Positions 17,519 to 27,001 are shown, numbered from the stretch's first letter. The stretch: 64,000 bases of DNA from Akkermansiaceae bacterium (GCA_043758445.1 JAYVNM010000166.1:398-64397); one strand, 5' to 3'. Notes: generated from the letters alone by a model not told the origin. Made by a program: numbers and translations.

Positions 17519-18036
17519 ATCCCGCCTAGCGAAGCTGGCTGCATTTCCGACAGAATTGTTTTGCCTTCCGCGAGAGGATTGTTAGCCTGCGCCCGCTTTA
17601 CAGTCATCGTTCCTAACATAATTACCCGAGATACTTCTACTTGATCGTGTCGTGAATCCTTAGAGGCGGTCTGAAAAATGGAGTGCGGATCGTCAGTCCG
17701 CCTCTTCCAAATGGTTGATGATGGGAAACACGAAGGATTTTGCACTGCGAATCAGACCAACCTATTTAAGTTCACACTACTGCCGTAACTGTCCCGATTT
17801 CTAATAACTCTTTTGCCCTGCCAGAACCTTCGATGTGGAGGGGATTGAGGGGGCGGCGCATGGACTTCACCCCGGAGAGCGGGAGGGAGTTGGTGCCTGG
17901 CTCGGAGGCGTTCTAGCATTTCTTGATGTTAATCCGCTGGTACCATCGATAAGGCCGAGTCGCACGTCGCTTCGGGCTTGTTCAACCAAAGGGCGCAGCC
18001 GAAGTCTTCGCTGTCTTTCAGCCTTCGCAGCACCCT

Positions 18037-18642
18037 TTATTGTTGGGCTTTCTTTTTGTGTTTGTCGATGAGGCTGTTGACCAGCAGCAGCGTAGGAATA
18101 CCTAGTGCTAGCAATTCGAGATATAACGCAGGAGCTGTCTTGACCCTGATATTCATCATCATTGCTGTAGCCATAGACCCTCCTAATCCCGAAAACGGAT
18201 CATCTGAAGATTGAGACTTCTGTGACTCAGATGCTCCCTTCGACATCGATTCAATAATCTTCTTCTTCGCAGGAAACCCAATGACGAGCTGTAACAAAAT
18301 CAATCCGAGAGCAACTGCTGGCAGAACAGAGGACAACTGAACGGCTGCTTCAGAGCCTCGAAATAATGCAAGATATGAAAACCAAATAGCAGCAACGACT
18401 GCGATGAAAGCAAGACCAATCAAAGGAGATAAGCCCATCGAATCAGGCGACTTTGAATCACTTTTTGTTTTGGTGTCATCGCCCAAAGCTTTCATCTCAT
18501 CGGAAGCAGATCCTCCACCGTAGATCACTTGGAAGCCTGATTGAGTTGCCATGCTCTTCTCGGAACACTGTATATCGAGCCAAGGAAGAACAAATAGAAA
18601 GAGGGCAGCGAGTGAGGAACTGAATCTGATTTTCTTAAACAT
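18037..18642 (-). CDS. Hypothetical multi-pass membrane protein, low-GC gene
   Basis: Start set at MFKKIRFSS. There are several hydrophobic segments and no family recognised. Hand-sampled GC is about 40-52%, against about 60% nearby. Confidence 0.5.
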   Translation of the reverse strand: MFKKIRFSSSLAALFLFVLPWLDIQCSEKSMATQSGFQVIYGGGSASDEMKALGDDTKTKSDSKSPDSMGLSPLIGLAFIAVVAAIWFSYLALFRGSEAAVQLSSVLPAVALGLILLQLVIGFPAKKKIIESMSKGASESQKSQSSDDPFSGLGGSMATAMMMNIRVKTAPALYLELLALGIPTLLLVNSLIDKHKKKAQQ

Positions 18643-19277
18643 AGGTGGTGGTGCTGGAATTGAGTGTTTTTTTGGCGAACAAAATTTATTCGTAGGGCCT
18701 CCGCCGATCATATCCAGCGGGGAACCACTTCGTAAAAGTGTCGGGAATTCTCCGGTTTTACAAGGAATTTTGTGCGGGTGCGTATATCAGGTGGATTCTG
18801 ACGGGGCGTTTCCGGGCGGGATTATCTAGCAGATATACGGGACCGCAGGCATGGAAGATGGGACAAGAGTGTCCCTACTCCTTATTTTAAAATGTGTTCC
18901 TTTGACACTTTTTGGGTTGACTGGCCGTCATGAGTTCCGAAAAGGCATTTGAAACATATCGCCGGTGGTCCGGCTATGCCCTATGGGCTAGGTCTCCACC
19001 ACACCCTTTTCAGATGCCCGATGTCCTAAAATCAAGAGTTTCAGCGCCTCAGAGGGGTGGAAATCGGGGGGGGGTGCTGTAACGGCGAAAGTCGGGCTAA
19101 CGCATCCACTCTCGACAAGCGCTGAAGGCCGGATAGCCTTCGACCATGAGAACGGCATTAGTGGAATTTATCCACCCGCGTGTTTGGATCGCTCGCGTCA
19201 ACCATTTTTGCCAGCTTCAGCTTGATCATTGCGTGTGACCACCACTCCTAACTGAGAAAATTCCAATTCCTAAACCC

Positions 19278-21650
19278 ATGCAAGTCCGCTGCCACGTCTC
19301 TAGCCACATTGTTGCTTTGTTGTTCGTCATTGTTCCGGCTCTGGCCGCGGCCACGCTGAATAAGCCGGTGTTATATGTCACTCAGGTGCCCATCCCGGAT
19401 GAGAGTCTAAGCAAGACGATCAAACTTTCGGAAATGAACATCACCACCACGATGATGAGTCCACTGGCTGATACGAAATCCGCTGCGCGTGGCGGGGCGC
19501 TCTGGATCCGATACACCGACGGCTCACGGCGGAACCTCACCGAGGCCGCTGGCTTCGGTGGGGCAGTCGATGCCAATCACAATGCAACCGGTTTCCAAGG
19601 CGCTAACAGCATCGCCGTGATGCGGCCCTTCATGCATTGGAACGGCACGAAGGCGATCTTCGCCATGGTGGTCGGTGCCCCCACGAGCGCGTCGGACATC
19701 ACCGAGTTCCGTTGGCAGCTTTATGAAATTACCAATTTCGGCCAAGGCCTGACGCCGCTCATCACCCGGGTCATTGGCCAGCGTGCCGACTACAACAACT
19801 ACCATCCCTGCTACGATACGCAGAACCGGATCATCTTCGTGAGCGATGCCCCACACGACTTGCTTTCCAATCTCTATCCACAGCTCGACGAATACATGTC
19901 GCTGCCCTGCAACACCGGCCTCTGGCGGTTTGATCCCGCGTTGAATGATCTCAAACAAATCATTCACACGCCCTCAGGTGTGCAGTCGCCATTCATCGAC
20001 AGCGCGGGTCGTGTGATCTTCGTGCAATGGGACCACTTCACCCGTGATCCACAGGCATCCACGGATCGACCACCTATTGCGGGAAATGGGGATAACTGGA
20101 CTCAGACTTTTAATGGTAATGGTAATTTCACCAGTGAAGCCCCCGGTGCCGCTTTCACCCAAGGCACCGTGCCGTACTACCCAACTAACAATTCTTACCC
20201 CGAGCCGCGCAATTTCGACAAGACCGCCTTGCTTGGCACTAACTTGAACGGCAATGCCCTGAACCAGTTCTTCCCTTGGGAGTGCCGCGAGGATGGTTCC
20301 AGCCACGAGGTGGCGAATCATGCCGGTCGCCATGAAATCTCAAATTCGATCACCACGAGCTTCACCGATGATCAAAACTTGGTGGCCTTGAACAAAAACA
20401 GCCCGTCCACCACTGGCCTGAACTTCATGCAACTCACCGAATCGCCAATCACAGCCGGCCTGTTCTTTGCGGTGAACGCCGTGGAGTTCGGTACCCATGC
20501 CGCCGGTCCGATCATTACTTATGATGGGTCGAATTCCTCCGCTCTTCCCGGAGCCGGCCGCCGCGTTTTGCCAGTGCCGATGCATGACGCCTCCGCCCTA
20601 ACGGAAAATCCGCCGGTAGCAGGTGCGCCGCTGGGTTCGGTGAAACTCGGCAACGATGGCTCATGGGCCGCTGTCCTGCCCGCAGGCCGTGCGATGTCAT
20701 GGCACCTGCTCGACGGCGTCGGCACCAAGAGCCAAGTCAAGGAGCGCTATTGGGTCACCTTCGCTCCCGGCGAAGTCCGCACCTGTGCGGTCTGCCATGG
20801 CGTGAACACCCACGATCAAGCGGGAAATGCCGGCGTGCCGCTCACCAAACCGGCGGCGCTCTACACCCTCCTCGATTTTTGGAAAACCGCCCACCCTCCT
20901 GGCCGCGTGCAGCACTCCGCCTCTTCCGCCTCCGTCATGAAATCCGCCGGTTCCGTCACCCTGAACGTCGCCCGCGTGAATGGCAGTACCGGGCCGGTCA
21001 GCGTGCAATACACAACCGCCAACGGCAGTGCGATCGCAGGCACCGACTACGCCACCAGCACCGGCGTTCTAAATTGGCTCGACGGTGACACCGCACCCAA
21101 ACCCATCACGATCACCCTGCTGAATCCCACCACCATTGCCACAAGCAAACAGTTAGGCGTCACCCTCAGCAGTCCGCAATACGCCAGCCTCGGCAACCCA
21201 GTTTCCGCCAGCGTGACAGTGGATGAACCGCCCTTCCAAGCATGGCTGTTCACGAAGCTCGGTGCTGGCGCTAACACCGCGAACGGTCAGGCATTGTCAG
21301 ACCCCGACAACGATGGCCTACCCAACCTCGTCGAGTGGGCACTCAATGGTGACCCTACGGTCAATTCCACGGCACAGCAGCCCGTAGGCAGCCTGCAAAG
21401 CAACCACCTGACCATCGCCTTCACCCGCAATCTCTCCTCCACCGCCACCTGCATCGTCGAGGTTTCTAACGATATACTAACATGGACACCCGGCTCCACC
21501 TATGGCCCTTCTAGTAGCACGCTAACCACCGCAGCAACCACTGATATCACACCCGCTGCCAGCCCGCCGGGATACACAGTCGTGCGCGACAATCTCCAGC
21601 AAGCTCTTGGCGCCCGGCGTTTCATCCGCGTCCGCGTGCAAGGCCCCTGA
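19278..21650 (+). CDS. Large secreted protein with a CxxCH motif and a Calx-beta-like module
   Basis: Signal-like N-terminus. CAVCHG heme-binding-type motif. VTLNVARVNGSTGPVSVQYTTANGSAIAGTDYATSTGVLNWLDGD is Calx-beta-like. A DPDNDGLPNLVEWALNGDP motif is also present. Confidence 0.6.
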   Translation: MQVRCHVSSHIVALLFVIVPALAAATLNKPVLYVTQVPIPDESLSKTIKLSEMNITTTMMSPLADTKSAARGGALWIRYTDGSRRNLTEAAGFGGAVDANHNATGFQGANSIAVMRPFMHWNGTKAIFAMVVGAPTSASDITEFRWQLYEITNFGQGLTPLITRVIGQRADYNNYHPCYDTQNRIIFVSDAPHDLLSNLYPQLDEYMSLPCNTGLWRFDPALNDLKQIIHTPSGVQSPFIDSAGRVIFVQWDHFTRDPQASTDRPPIAGNGDNWTQTFNGNGNFTSEAPGAAFTQGTVPYYPTNNSYPEPRNFDKTALLGTNLNGNALNQFFPWECREDGSSHEVANHAGRHEISNSITTSFTDDQNLVALNKNSPSTTGLNFMQLTESPITAGLFFAVNAVEFGTHAAGPIITYDGSNSSALPGAGRRVLPVPMHDASALTENPPVAGAPLGSVKLGNDGSWAAVLPAGRAMSWHLLDGVGTKSQVKERYWVTFAPGEVRTCAVCHGVNTHDQAGNAGVPLTKPAALYTLLDFWKTAHPPGRVQHSASSASVMKSAGSVTLNVARVNGSTGPVSVQYTTANGSAIAGTDYATSTGVLNWLDGDTAPKPITITLLNPTTIATSKQLGVTLSSPQYASLGNPVSASVTVDEPPFQAWLFTKLGAGANTANGQALSDPDNDGLPNLVEWALNGDPTVNSTAQQPVGSLQSNHLTIAFTRNLSSTATCIVEVSNDILTWTPGSTYGPSSSTLTTAATTDITPAASPPGYTVVRDNLQQALGARRFIRVRVQGP

Positions 21651-21698
21651 TTTGCGATCCGTGTAGGAGGGGTGGTGGTGTGTTGCCTGAGAATGGGA

Positions 21699-23354
21699 TC
21701 AGTGCGACAGTGTGGGGCCGAAGTTTCCTGGCATCTTGGGGGCATGGACGGATTGGAAAAAGAGCTGGCGCTCTAGCAGTTCGGCTAACAGCAGTAGCGG
21801 CAGCGCGGTCCATGGATGGATGCTGGCGGTGAAGAGGGCGCAGAGGGCGAGGGCGAATCGGGCGCGGAGGATGACGCCCAAGGGACCGAGCTGGAGGCGG
21901 GCACTGTGGACATCTGGTGACCATGGCGTGTCCTCATCTGCGCCGAGTTGTAAGAAGCGGGCTTCTGGAAGCATCTTGAGGATAACTGCCGTGATTAACA
22001 GAAACCAAGCGGGCGTGGTGGGTCGGACGAGCAGATTTCCCAAAGCAGCGAAGGCGGCGACGGTGCCGAAGAAACGCATGGCACCGAGCGGGAAGCGCCA
22101 GAGCGAGCGGTGGGTATCGTGATAGATCATGACGCTGGTGAAGACGGCTATTAGGCCGAGGGGAAGTGCCGAGTGATCAATAATTTTTGAGCAGAGTGGG
22201 AGGAGGTGAGCGGCGATGGGTGGAAGCGGGAGTTTTGGGAAATAGGGGAGCGCGGCGAAGACGATGAGGGCGCAGGGGATGGGGGCGAAGAGGGAGAAGG
22301 CGAGGATTTCCCGCGAGAGCCAGGAGGTGCGCAGGCCGAGGAAGAAGCGCCAGGCTTTGAGCGGTTGGCCGAGGTGGAAGATAGAGGCGGCCATGCCGGA
22401 AAAGAAGATGGTGGCGGCGGCGAGGGTGACGGGGAGATTGCCGCTGGCGGTGAGGAGTAGTCCGACGCCGGCTTGGGTGAGCATGAGCATGAAGACGAGC
22501 GGCCAGTGGGCGTGCTGGGGGATGAGAGCGTCGGTATCTGCGGCGGTGGCGGATGCGGGAATTTCCCGACCGACGTAGCGGGTGGTGGGGAGGGTGATGG
22601 CGGAAGAGGGGATAGAGGATAGAGGATTGAGGATAGTGGATTGAGGATTGAGGATTGAAGATTGGAAGAGGTCATTGGCTGACTGCCGCCTGCTGAGGTC
22701 CGGTTTTGGGATTTTGACGATGCGGATGGCTTCGGTGGGGCAGGCTTGGACGCAGGCGGGGGCTTCACCCTCGGCCAGGCGTTGGTGGCACATGTCGCAT
22801 TTTCTAACGATGCCGCGTTTTTTCGAATACTTGGGAACATCGTAGGGGCACTTGAGGATGCAGTAGGAGCAGCCGATGCATTGGTCGTCGAGGTGGCGGA
22901 CGATGCCGGTATCGGCGTCCTTTTCATAGGCTCCGACGGGGCAGCCATTGAGGCAGCCGGGATCGGCGCAGTGGTGGCAGGCGGTGGTGATGGTTTGCTG
23001 CCAGCCGGGACTGTCGGAGCCGCCTAACAGGGTGCCGACATCGCGCCAGGATTCGTGTGCGTCGAGGCCGTTGAGGGAGTGGCAGGCGGAGACGCAGGCC
23101 TTGCAACCGGTGCAGCGGTCGAGCGAAACTTCGAAGGCATATTGTTCGCCGCTGCCGGGTTTGGTGAGGGGGATGAGGCTGCGATAGTGGTCGGCGAGGT
23201 CTGGCTGGCGGCGCTGATGGGTTTCGGAAAACCGGGCGACGGGAGTTTGGAGTTGTTTTTGCTCGGCGAGGAGTTGGTCGATGAGGTTGGCCTGCTCGTG
23301 GTCGGGCTTGGTAGGCCGGGGGATCGAAGGGAGGCGTTGGAGGGTTGAGGGCAC
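21699..23354 (-). CDS. 4Fe-4S dicluster (DmsB/NrfC-like) domain fused to a DmsC/NrfD-like polytopic membrane domain. Start uncertain (GTG 23354 proposed)
   Basis: Cys clusters CTGCKACVSAC, CHHCADPGCLNGCP, CIGCSYCILKCP and CDMCHQRLAEGEAPACVQACP, followed by about 8 hydrophobic segments. The track ORF start at 23537 would overlap the upstream flavodoxin gene. Confidence 0.7.
   Translation of the reverse strand: MPSTLQRLPSIPRPTKPDHEQANLIDQLLAEQKQLQTPVARFSETHQRRQPDLADHYRSLIPLTKPGSGEQYAFEVSLDRCTGCKACVSACHSLNGLDAHESWRDVGTLLGGSDSPGWQQTITTACHHCADPGCLNGCPVGAYEKDADTGIVRHLDDQCIGCSYCILKCPYDVPKYSKKRGIVRKCDMCHQRLAEGEAPACVQACPTEAIRIVKIPKPDLSRRQSANDLFQSSILNPQSTILNPLSSIPSSAITLPTTRYVGREIPASATAADTDALIPQHAHWPLVFMLMLTQAGVGLLLTASGNLPVTLAAATIFFSGMAASIFHLGQPLKAWRFFLGLRTSWLSREILAFSLFAPIPCALIVFAALPYFPKLPLPPIAAHLLPLCSKIIDHSALPLGLIAVFTSVMIYHDTHRSLWRFPLGAMRFFGTVAAFAALGNLLVRPTTPAWFLLITAVILKMLPEARFLQLGADEDTPWSPDVHSARLQLGPLGVILRARFALALCALFTASIHPWTALPLLLLAELLERQLFFQSVHAPKMPGNFGPTLSH
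22611..22666. repeat. Eight imperfect tandem heptamers (GATAGAG/GATTGAG/GATAGTG/GATTGAA/GATTGGA) inside the FeS-membrane ORF
   Basis: Read directly. They encode the linker SSILNPQSTILNPLSSIPS between the FeS and membrane domains. The plus strand 22602-22672 has no C. Confidence 0.9.
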
Positions 23355-23398
23355 TGTGGATGGAAGGGAATTCGCGCGGCATAAATTCCGCGTTCCAG

Positions 23399-23986
23399 TT
23401 AGGCGGCGACGAGTGCCTTTTCCAACTGGGCAATCCAATTGGCGAAAGGAACGTCGTAATCGACGTCCGACTCGATGATGGGGATGAGCGGATTTGCCCC
23501 CAGCGCGGCGAGGCGGGTGTGGAAATCGTGGCCGCACTTGCAGAAGTCCGGGTAGCTGGAATCGCCGAGCGCGAGGACGGCGAAATTGACGGCTTCCAAG
23601 TACGGGGCGGCGGCGGCATGGAGCGCGGCGTGGAGCGTGGCGGCGTTGTCCGGTGGTTCGCCATCGCCGTAGGTGGAGGTGATGATGAGCACGTTTTTTG
23701 TGGCTGATAGATCGGCGAGTGATACATCCGCCATGTCGCGCAGGGTGGGAGCGTGGCCTTTTGCGGCGAGGGCCTTGCTGAGTTTTTTACCAAGTGCCTC
23801 GGAGTTGCCGGTTTGGGAACCCCAGAGAATGGTGACGGGAACTCCGGCGGACGGGGAAACAGCGGGCGCGGCGGAGGCACCGCCGGAGTGATGCAGCAGG
23901 GCGGAGTTGATGGCATCGAGATAGCCCTTGAGCCACATGCGTTGGGGGCCCGAGAACGGGGCGGTGTTCGGAATAGTGAGTGGCAT
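23399..23986 (-). CDS. Flavodoxin-like FMN domain protein (like the CysJ N-terminal module, with no FAD/NADPH domain)
   Basis: VTILWGSQTGNSEALGKKL...VLIITSTYGDGEPPDNA...FAVLALGDSSY is the flavodoxin/CysJ FMN signature. The ATG at 23986 is 11 nt after the nirA stop. Confidence 0.8.
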   Translation of the reverse strand: MPLTIPNTAPFSGPQRMWLKGYLDAINSALLHHSGGASAAPAVSPSAGVPVTILWGSQTGNSEALGKKLSKALAAKGHAPTLRDMADVSLADLSATKNVLIITSTYGDGEPPDNAATLHAALHAAAAPYLEAVNFAVLALGDSSYPDFCKCGHDFHTRLAALGANPLIPIIESDVDYDVPFANWIAQLEKALVAA

Positions 23987-23997
23987 GGCAGTGGATG

Positions 23998-25764
23998 TTA
24001 GGCTGCGGCGATTTTGGCGGGATCGCAGAGTCCCATGAGTTGCTCCGGCGTGTGGCGGTTTGCGAAATGGGAGAAACTCTCGTCTGCGATTCGCTCGCGC
24101 AGATAGACCACGAGGATCTGCTCGATGAGCGCGGGCATTTCGTCGGCGCGGACGCTTTTCCAAATTTCCCGGGCGATGGCTTGGGTGTCATCCACGCCGC
24201 CGCCGAGCACGATGTTATAGCCATCCACAGTCGAGCCGTCTTCGATTTTCACGCGAGTGCCCATCATGCCGATGTCGCCGATGTAGTGCTGGGCGCAGGA
24301 GTTCTGGCAGCCGGTTAGATGAATGTTGACCGGTTGGTCGAGGATCATTTTGTTGGCAAGATGGTTGCCGAGGAGAATCGCCTGGCCCTTGGTGTCGGCG
24401 GCGGCGAATTTGCAGCCCTTGCTGCCGGTGCAGGCGATGAGGCCGCCGGTGATTGTGTTGTTCCGGTGGTCTAGGCCGATGGCTTGGATCGCGGTGATGA
24501 CAGCTTGGAGATTTTCCTCGGCGATGCCGGGGATGATAAGATTTTGCCAGACTGTTAGGCGGATTTCCCCACGGCCGAATTCGTCGGCAATGTCGGCCAG
24601 TGCGAGCATTTGCGTGACGGACATGCGGCCGACAGGAGTGAGGACGCCGAGGTAGTGTTTGCCATCGGACTGTGGGTGAATGCCGAGGTGGCCGTGCTTG
24701 GATTTCGGCGCGGAGGGCTTGCAGAGTTCCAGCGGAAAATAGCGCAGTGCGAAGGTCATCTTCTTCGCGGTTTCCTCAAGGGTTTTGGGGATTCCCCAAT
24801 CATCGACGAGGTACTTGAGGCGGGCTTTCTTACGGTTGGTGCGGTCGCCGTTTTCGACAAACACACGGATTAGCGCGGCGGCCACCGGGATCGTTTCGGC
24901 AGGTGTAAGTAGCACACCGCAATCGGTCGCGAACTGTTTGTGGCCGGTGATGCCGCAAAGTTGCATACGGAAATAGACGCCCGGCGCGATACCATTTTCG
25001 TTAGCTTCGACCTTGACTGCATAAAAGCCGATGTCGTTTGTATCGGCGCAGACGGACACGCTGCCACCCGAGTCGTAGGAGATATTAAACTTGCGCGGCA
25101 GGCCGTAGAGGTCGCGGTTTTTCAGAATGTAATGATGCATCGCCCGAGCGTAGGGCATGACGTCGATCAGTTCGGTGGGGTCGAAACCGGTTGTGGGTGT
25201 GGCGGTGATGTTGCGGATATTGTCCGCGCCTGAGCCTTGTGAGGTGAGTCCGAGATCGGTGAGTTTCATCAAGATCGCCGGGCAGTTTTCCGGCATAATC
25301 TCGCGGACTTGGAGATTGGCGCGGGTCGTTAGATCGGCATGACCGGGTCCCCAGTCGGCGGCGATTTCGGCGAGGCCGCGGAACTGATAGGTGCTGAGTG
25401 CGCCGCCAGCGATGCGGCAGCGGAGCATGAAACTTTCCTGGGCTGGGGTGACGAAGAACAGGCCGTGGAATTTATAGCGAAACACATCGCCGTCGGTCGG
25501 AAAGCTGTTGGTCTCGGCATTCGCAAGGATGACGTCATAGCAATCGAGGCCGTTTTGCTGATACTTAATTTGCTCCTCGCGGCAGAGTTCATCGACGGGT
25601 GTGTTGTGAACCATCTCGATGGCTTCCGCCGGATCATGAGTAAAGCGCCCGCCAGCGTCCTGACCGAGAAAGGGGAGGTCGCCTGCTTGCAGGATTCCCG
25701 AGACGAATCCTGAGAGATAGGAGGTTTGCTCCTCGGTGAAGCCTGAGTTGTTGAAATCGACCAT
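23998..25764 (-). CDS. nirA: Ferredoxin-type nitrite/sulfite reductase hemoprotein (NirA/Sir family)
   Basis: 588 aa with duplicated NiR/SiR modules and the siroheme-4Fe4S Cys pattern [10 protein letters not shown]...[11 protein letters not shown]. The nitrite assignment is favoured only by the adjacent NrtA/NasS-like gene. Confidence 0.8.
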   Translation of the reverse strand: MVDFNNSGFTEEQTSYLSGFVSGILQAGDLPFLGQDAGGRFTHDPAEAIEMVHNTPVDELCREEQIKYQQNGLDCYDVILANAETNSFPTDGDVFRYKFHGLFFVTPAQESFMLRCRIAGGALSTYQFRGLAEIAADWGPGHADLTTRANLQVREIMPENCPAILMKLTDLGLTSQGSGADNIRNITATPTTGFDPTELIDVMPYARAMHHYILKNRDLYGLPRKFNISYDSGGSVSVCADTNDIGFYAVKVEANENGIAPGVYFRMQLCGITGHKQFATDCGVLLTPAETIPVAAALIRVFVENGDRTNRKKARLKYLVDDWGIPKTLEETAKKMTFALRYFPLELCKPSAPKSKHGHLGIHPQSDGKHYLGVLTPVGRMSVTQMLALADIADEFGRGEIRLTVWQNLIIPGIAEENLQAVITAIQAIGLDHRNNTITGGLIACTGSKGCKFAAADTKGQAILLGNHLANKMILDQPVNIHLTGCQNSCAQHYIGDIGMMGTRVKIEDGSTVDGYNIVLGGGVDDTQAIAREIWKSVRADEMPALIEQILVVYLRERIADESFSHFANRHTPEQLMGLCDPAKIAAA

Positions 25765-25871
25765 GGTGGTTTTCCCTGGCCTGAGGAAAAGCAGCGCCTA
25801 TGCCAGTGACGATTTCCCCGGGTTGTCATGAAGGAATCCGCGCCACGCTGGCTATGAGGTTGATTCATGGG

Positions 25872-26900
25872 TTAGATTTCGGCGGCATGATAGAGATCTT
25901 CGCGGAAAATCCTTGAGAGTGCGCCGCAAGTGCCGTCCGGGATGGTGCCGGCATTCCTAAGTTCGGCAAGGACCCACGAGGCTTTGTCCATGCTGGGGCG
26001 GTTGACCGAGTCACCATGGAAGATATGGAATCCCGTGGCGCTGATGCGATCCACGCCGGAGTTAAAAATTGGTCCAAGGCTGTTTCTCAAGACCTGTGGG
26101 GAGGTTCCGGTGTAGGCTTTGAGGGCGAGGATGGCGATCAGATCTTCGCGGAAATCGGGGGATTCACAGAGCTGGCAGGCCTCGATCAGCGCGGCTACTA
26201 GCCTGATAGATTCCGCCTTTTGTTCGTGCAGGAAATTTCCTGAAAGCAGGAGGACTTTCTCCGGATGACCGCGGGCGATCTCGGACGAGGTGACGGGACA
26301 CCAGCCGGTTCCAGTTAGAATCGACTCGGAATTCCACGGCTCGCCGACGCAGTAGCCATCGATATGCCCGGCCTTCAGTGCGCGCGGCATCAGGGAGGGC
26401 GGCAGGAAAATGATCTCTACCAGATCGGGAGAGTTTACGCCATGGCGGTTGAGCCAGGATTTCAGCAGCGTGAAATGGGACGAGTAGCGATGGGTGACGG
26501 CGAGGGTAAACGGGCGGTCCTTTTTCCAGTGATAGGTTAGAAAATTCCGCAGGCCTTCGCCCCGTCCGATTTTATCTAGGCTGATCGCTGTGGCGAGTGT
26601 GATGGCGTTGCCATGCAGGCTCAAAATCAGCGGCACGGCGACTTCACAACGCATTTCATTGATGCCCAGGCCGAGCGCTATGGCGATTCCTGCGATCGAC
26701 TGGGCGGCATCGAGATGACCGTAAACGATTTTGTCGCGCACGCTGGCCCATCCGAGTTCGCGGGAGAGTTCGACTTGGAGGCCATGACGTTCGAAAATCC
26801 CGGTTTCTTGGGCGACCGCGATCGGCGCACAATCACTGAGCGGAACGAAGCCCAAGCGGATGGTGGGCTTGGCGGAGAAATTGCGGACAGGAGTGACCAT
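25872..26900 (-). CDS. NrtA/NasS-like nitrate-binding protein without a signal peptide (probable cytoplasmic sensor)
   Basis: IRLGFVPLSDCAPIAVAQETGIFERHGLQVELSRELGWASVRDK is typical of the NrtA/CmpA/NasS family. The N-terminus has no signal sequence. Confidence 0.65.
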   Translation of the reverse strand: MVTPVRNFSAKPTIRLGFVPLSDCAPIAVAQETGIFERHGLQVELSRELGWASVRDKIVYGHLDAAQSIAGIAIALGLGINEMRCEVAVPLILSLHGNAITLATAISLDKIGRGEGLRNFLTYHWKKDRPFTLAVTHRYSSHFTLLKSWLNRHGVNSPDLVEIIFLPPSLMPRALKAGHIDGYCVGEPWNSESILTGTGWCPVTSSEIARGHPEKVLLLSGNFLHEQKAESIRLVAALIEACQLCESPDFREDLIAILALKAYTGTSPQVLRNSLGPIFNSGVDRISATGFHIFHGDSVNRPSMDKASWVLAELRNAGTIPDGTCGALSRIFREDLYHAAEI

Positions 26901-26939
26901 GGGGAAGCTCGCATAGCGGCAGGGATGCCAAAATTGAGA

Positions 26940-26975
26940 AATTCTCAGAAACCGGGATAATTCTCAAAAACCGGG
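26940..26975 (-). promoter_or_regulatory. Two 17-nt direct repeats (AATTCTCAGAAACCGGG / AATTCTCAAAAACCGGG, 19-nt period) upstream of the nasS-like/nirA gene string
   Basis: Read directly: 16/17 identical, located 40-75 nt upstream of the ATG at 26900. Confidence 0.4.
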
Positions 26976-27001
26976 TGATGAGCGGCTTCAGCGTGGGATG
27001 T

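Noticed and set aside
17662-17705. Hairpin with a 13-bp stem (AGAGGCGGTCTGA ... TCAGTCCGCCTCT, one mismatch) and an 18-nt loop
   Set aside because: There is no adjacent U-tract and no gene end nearby, so I cannot assign it as a terminator or an sRNA from sequence alone. It is mentioned only within the low-GC patch finding.
22151-23916. Alternative-frame ORFs (265 and 330 aa, Pro/Ser/Arg-rich) over the FeS and flavodoxin genes
   Set aside because: They are low-complexity off-frame translations. The annotated frames carry clear Cys-cluster and flavodoxin motifs.
26919-26932. Sigma-54-like TGGCAT...TGC element upstream of the nasS-like gene (minus strand)
   Set aside because: The GG to GC spacing is about 9 nt instead of the 12 nt in TGGCACG-N4-TTGC, so it does not fit the -24/-12 geometry.
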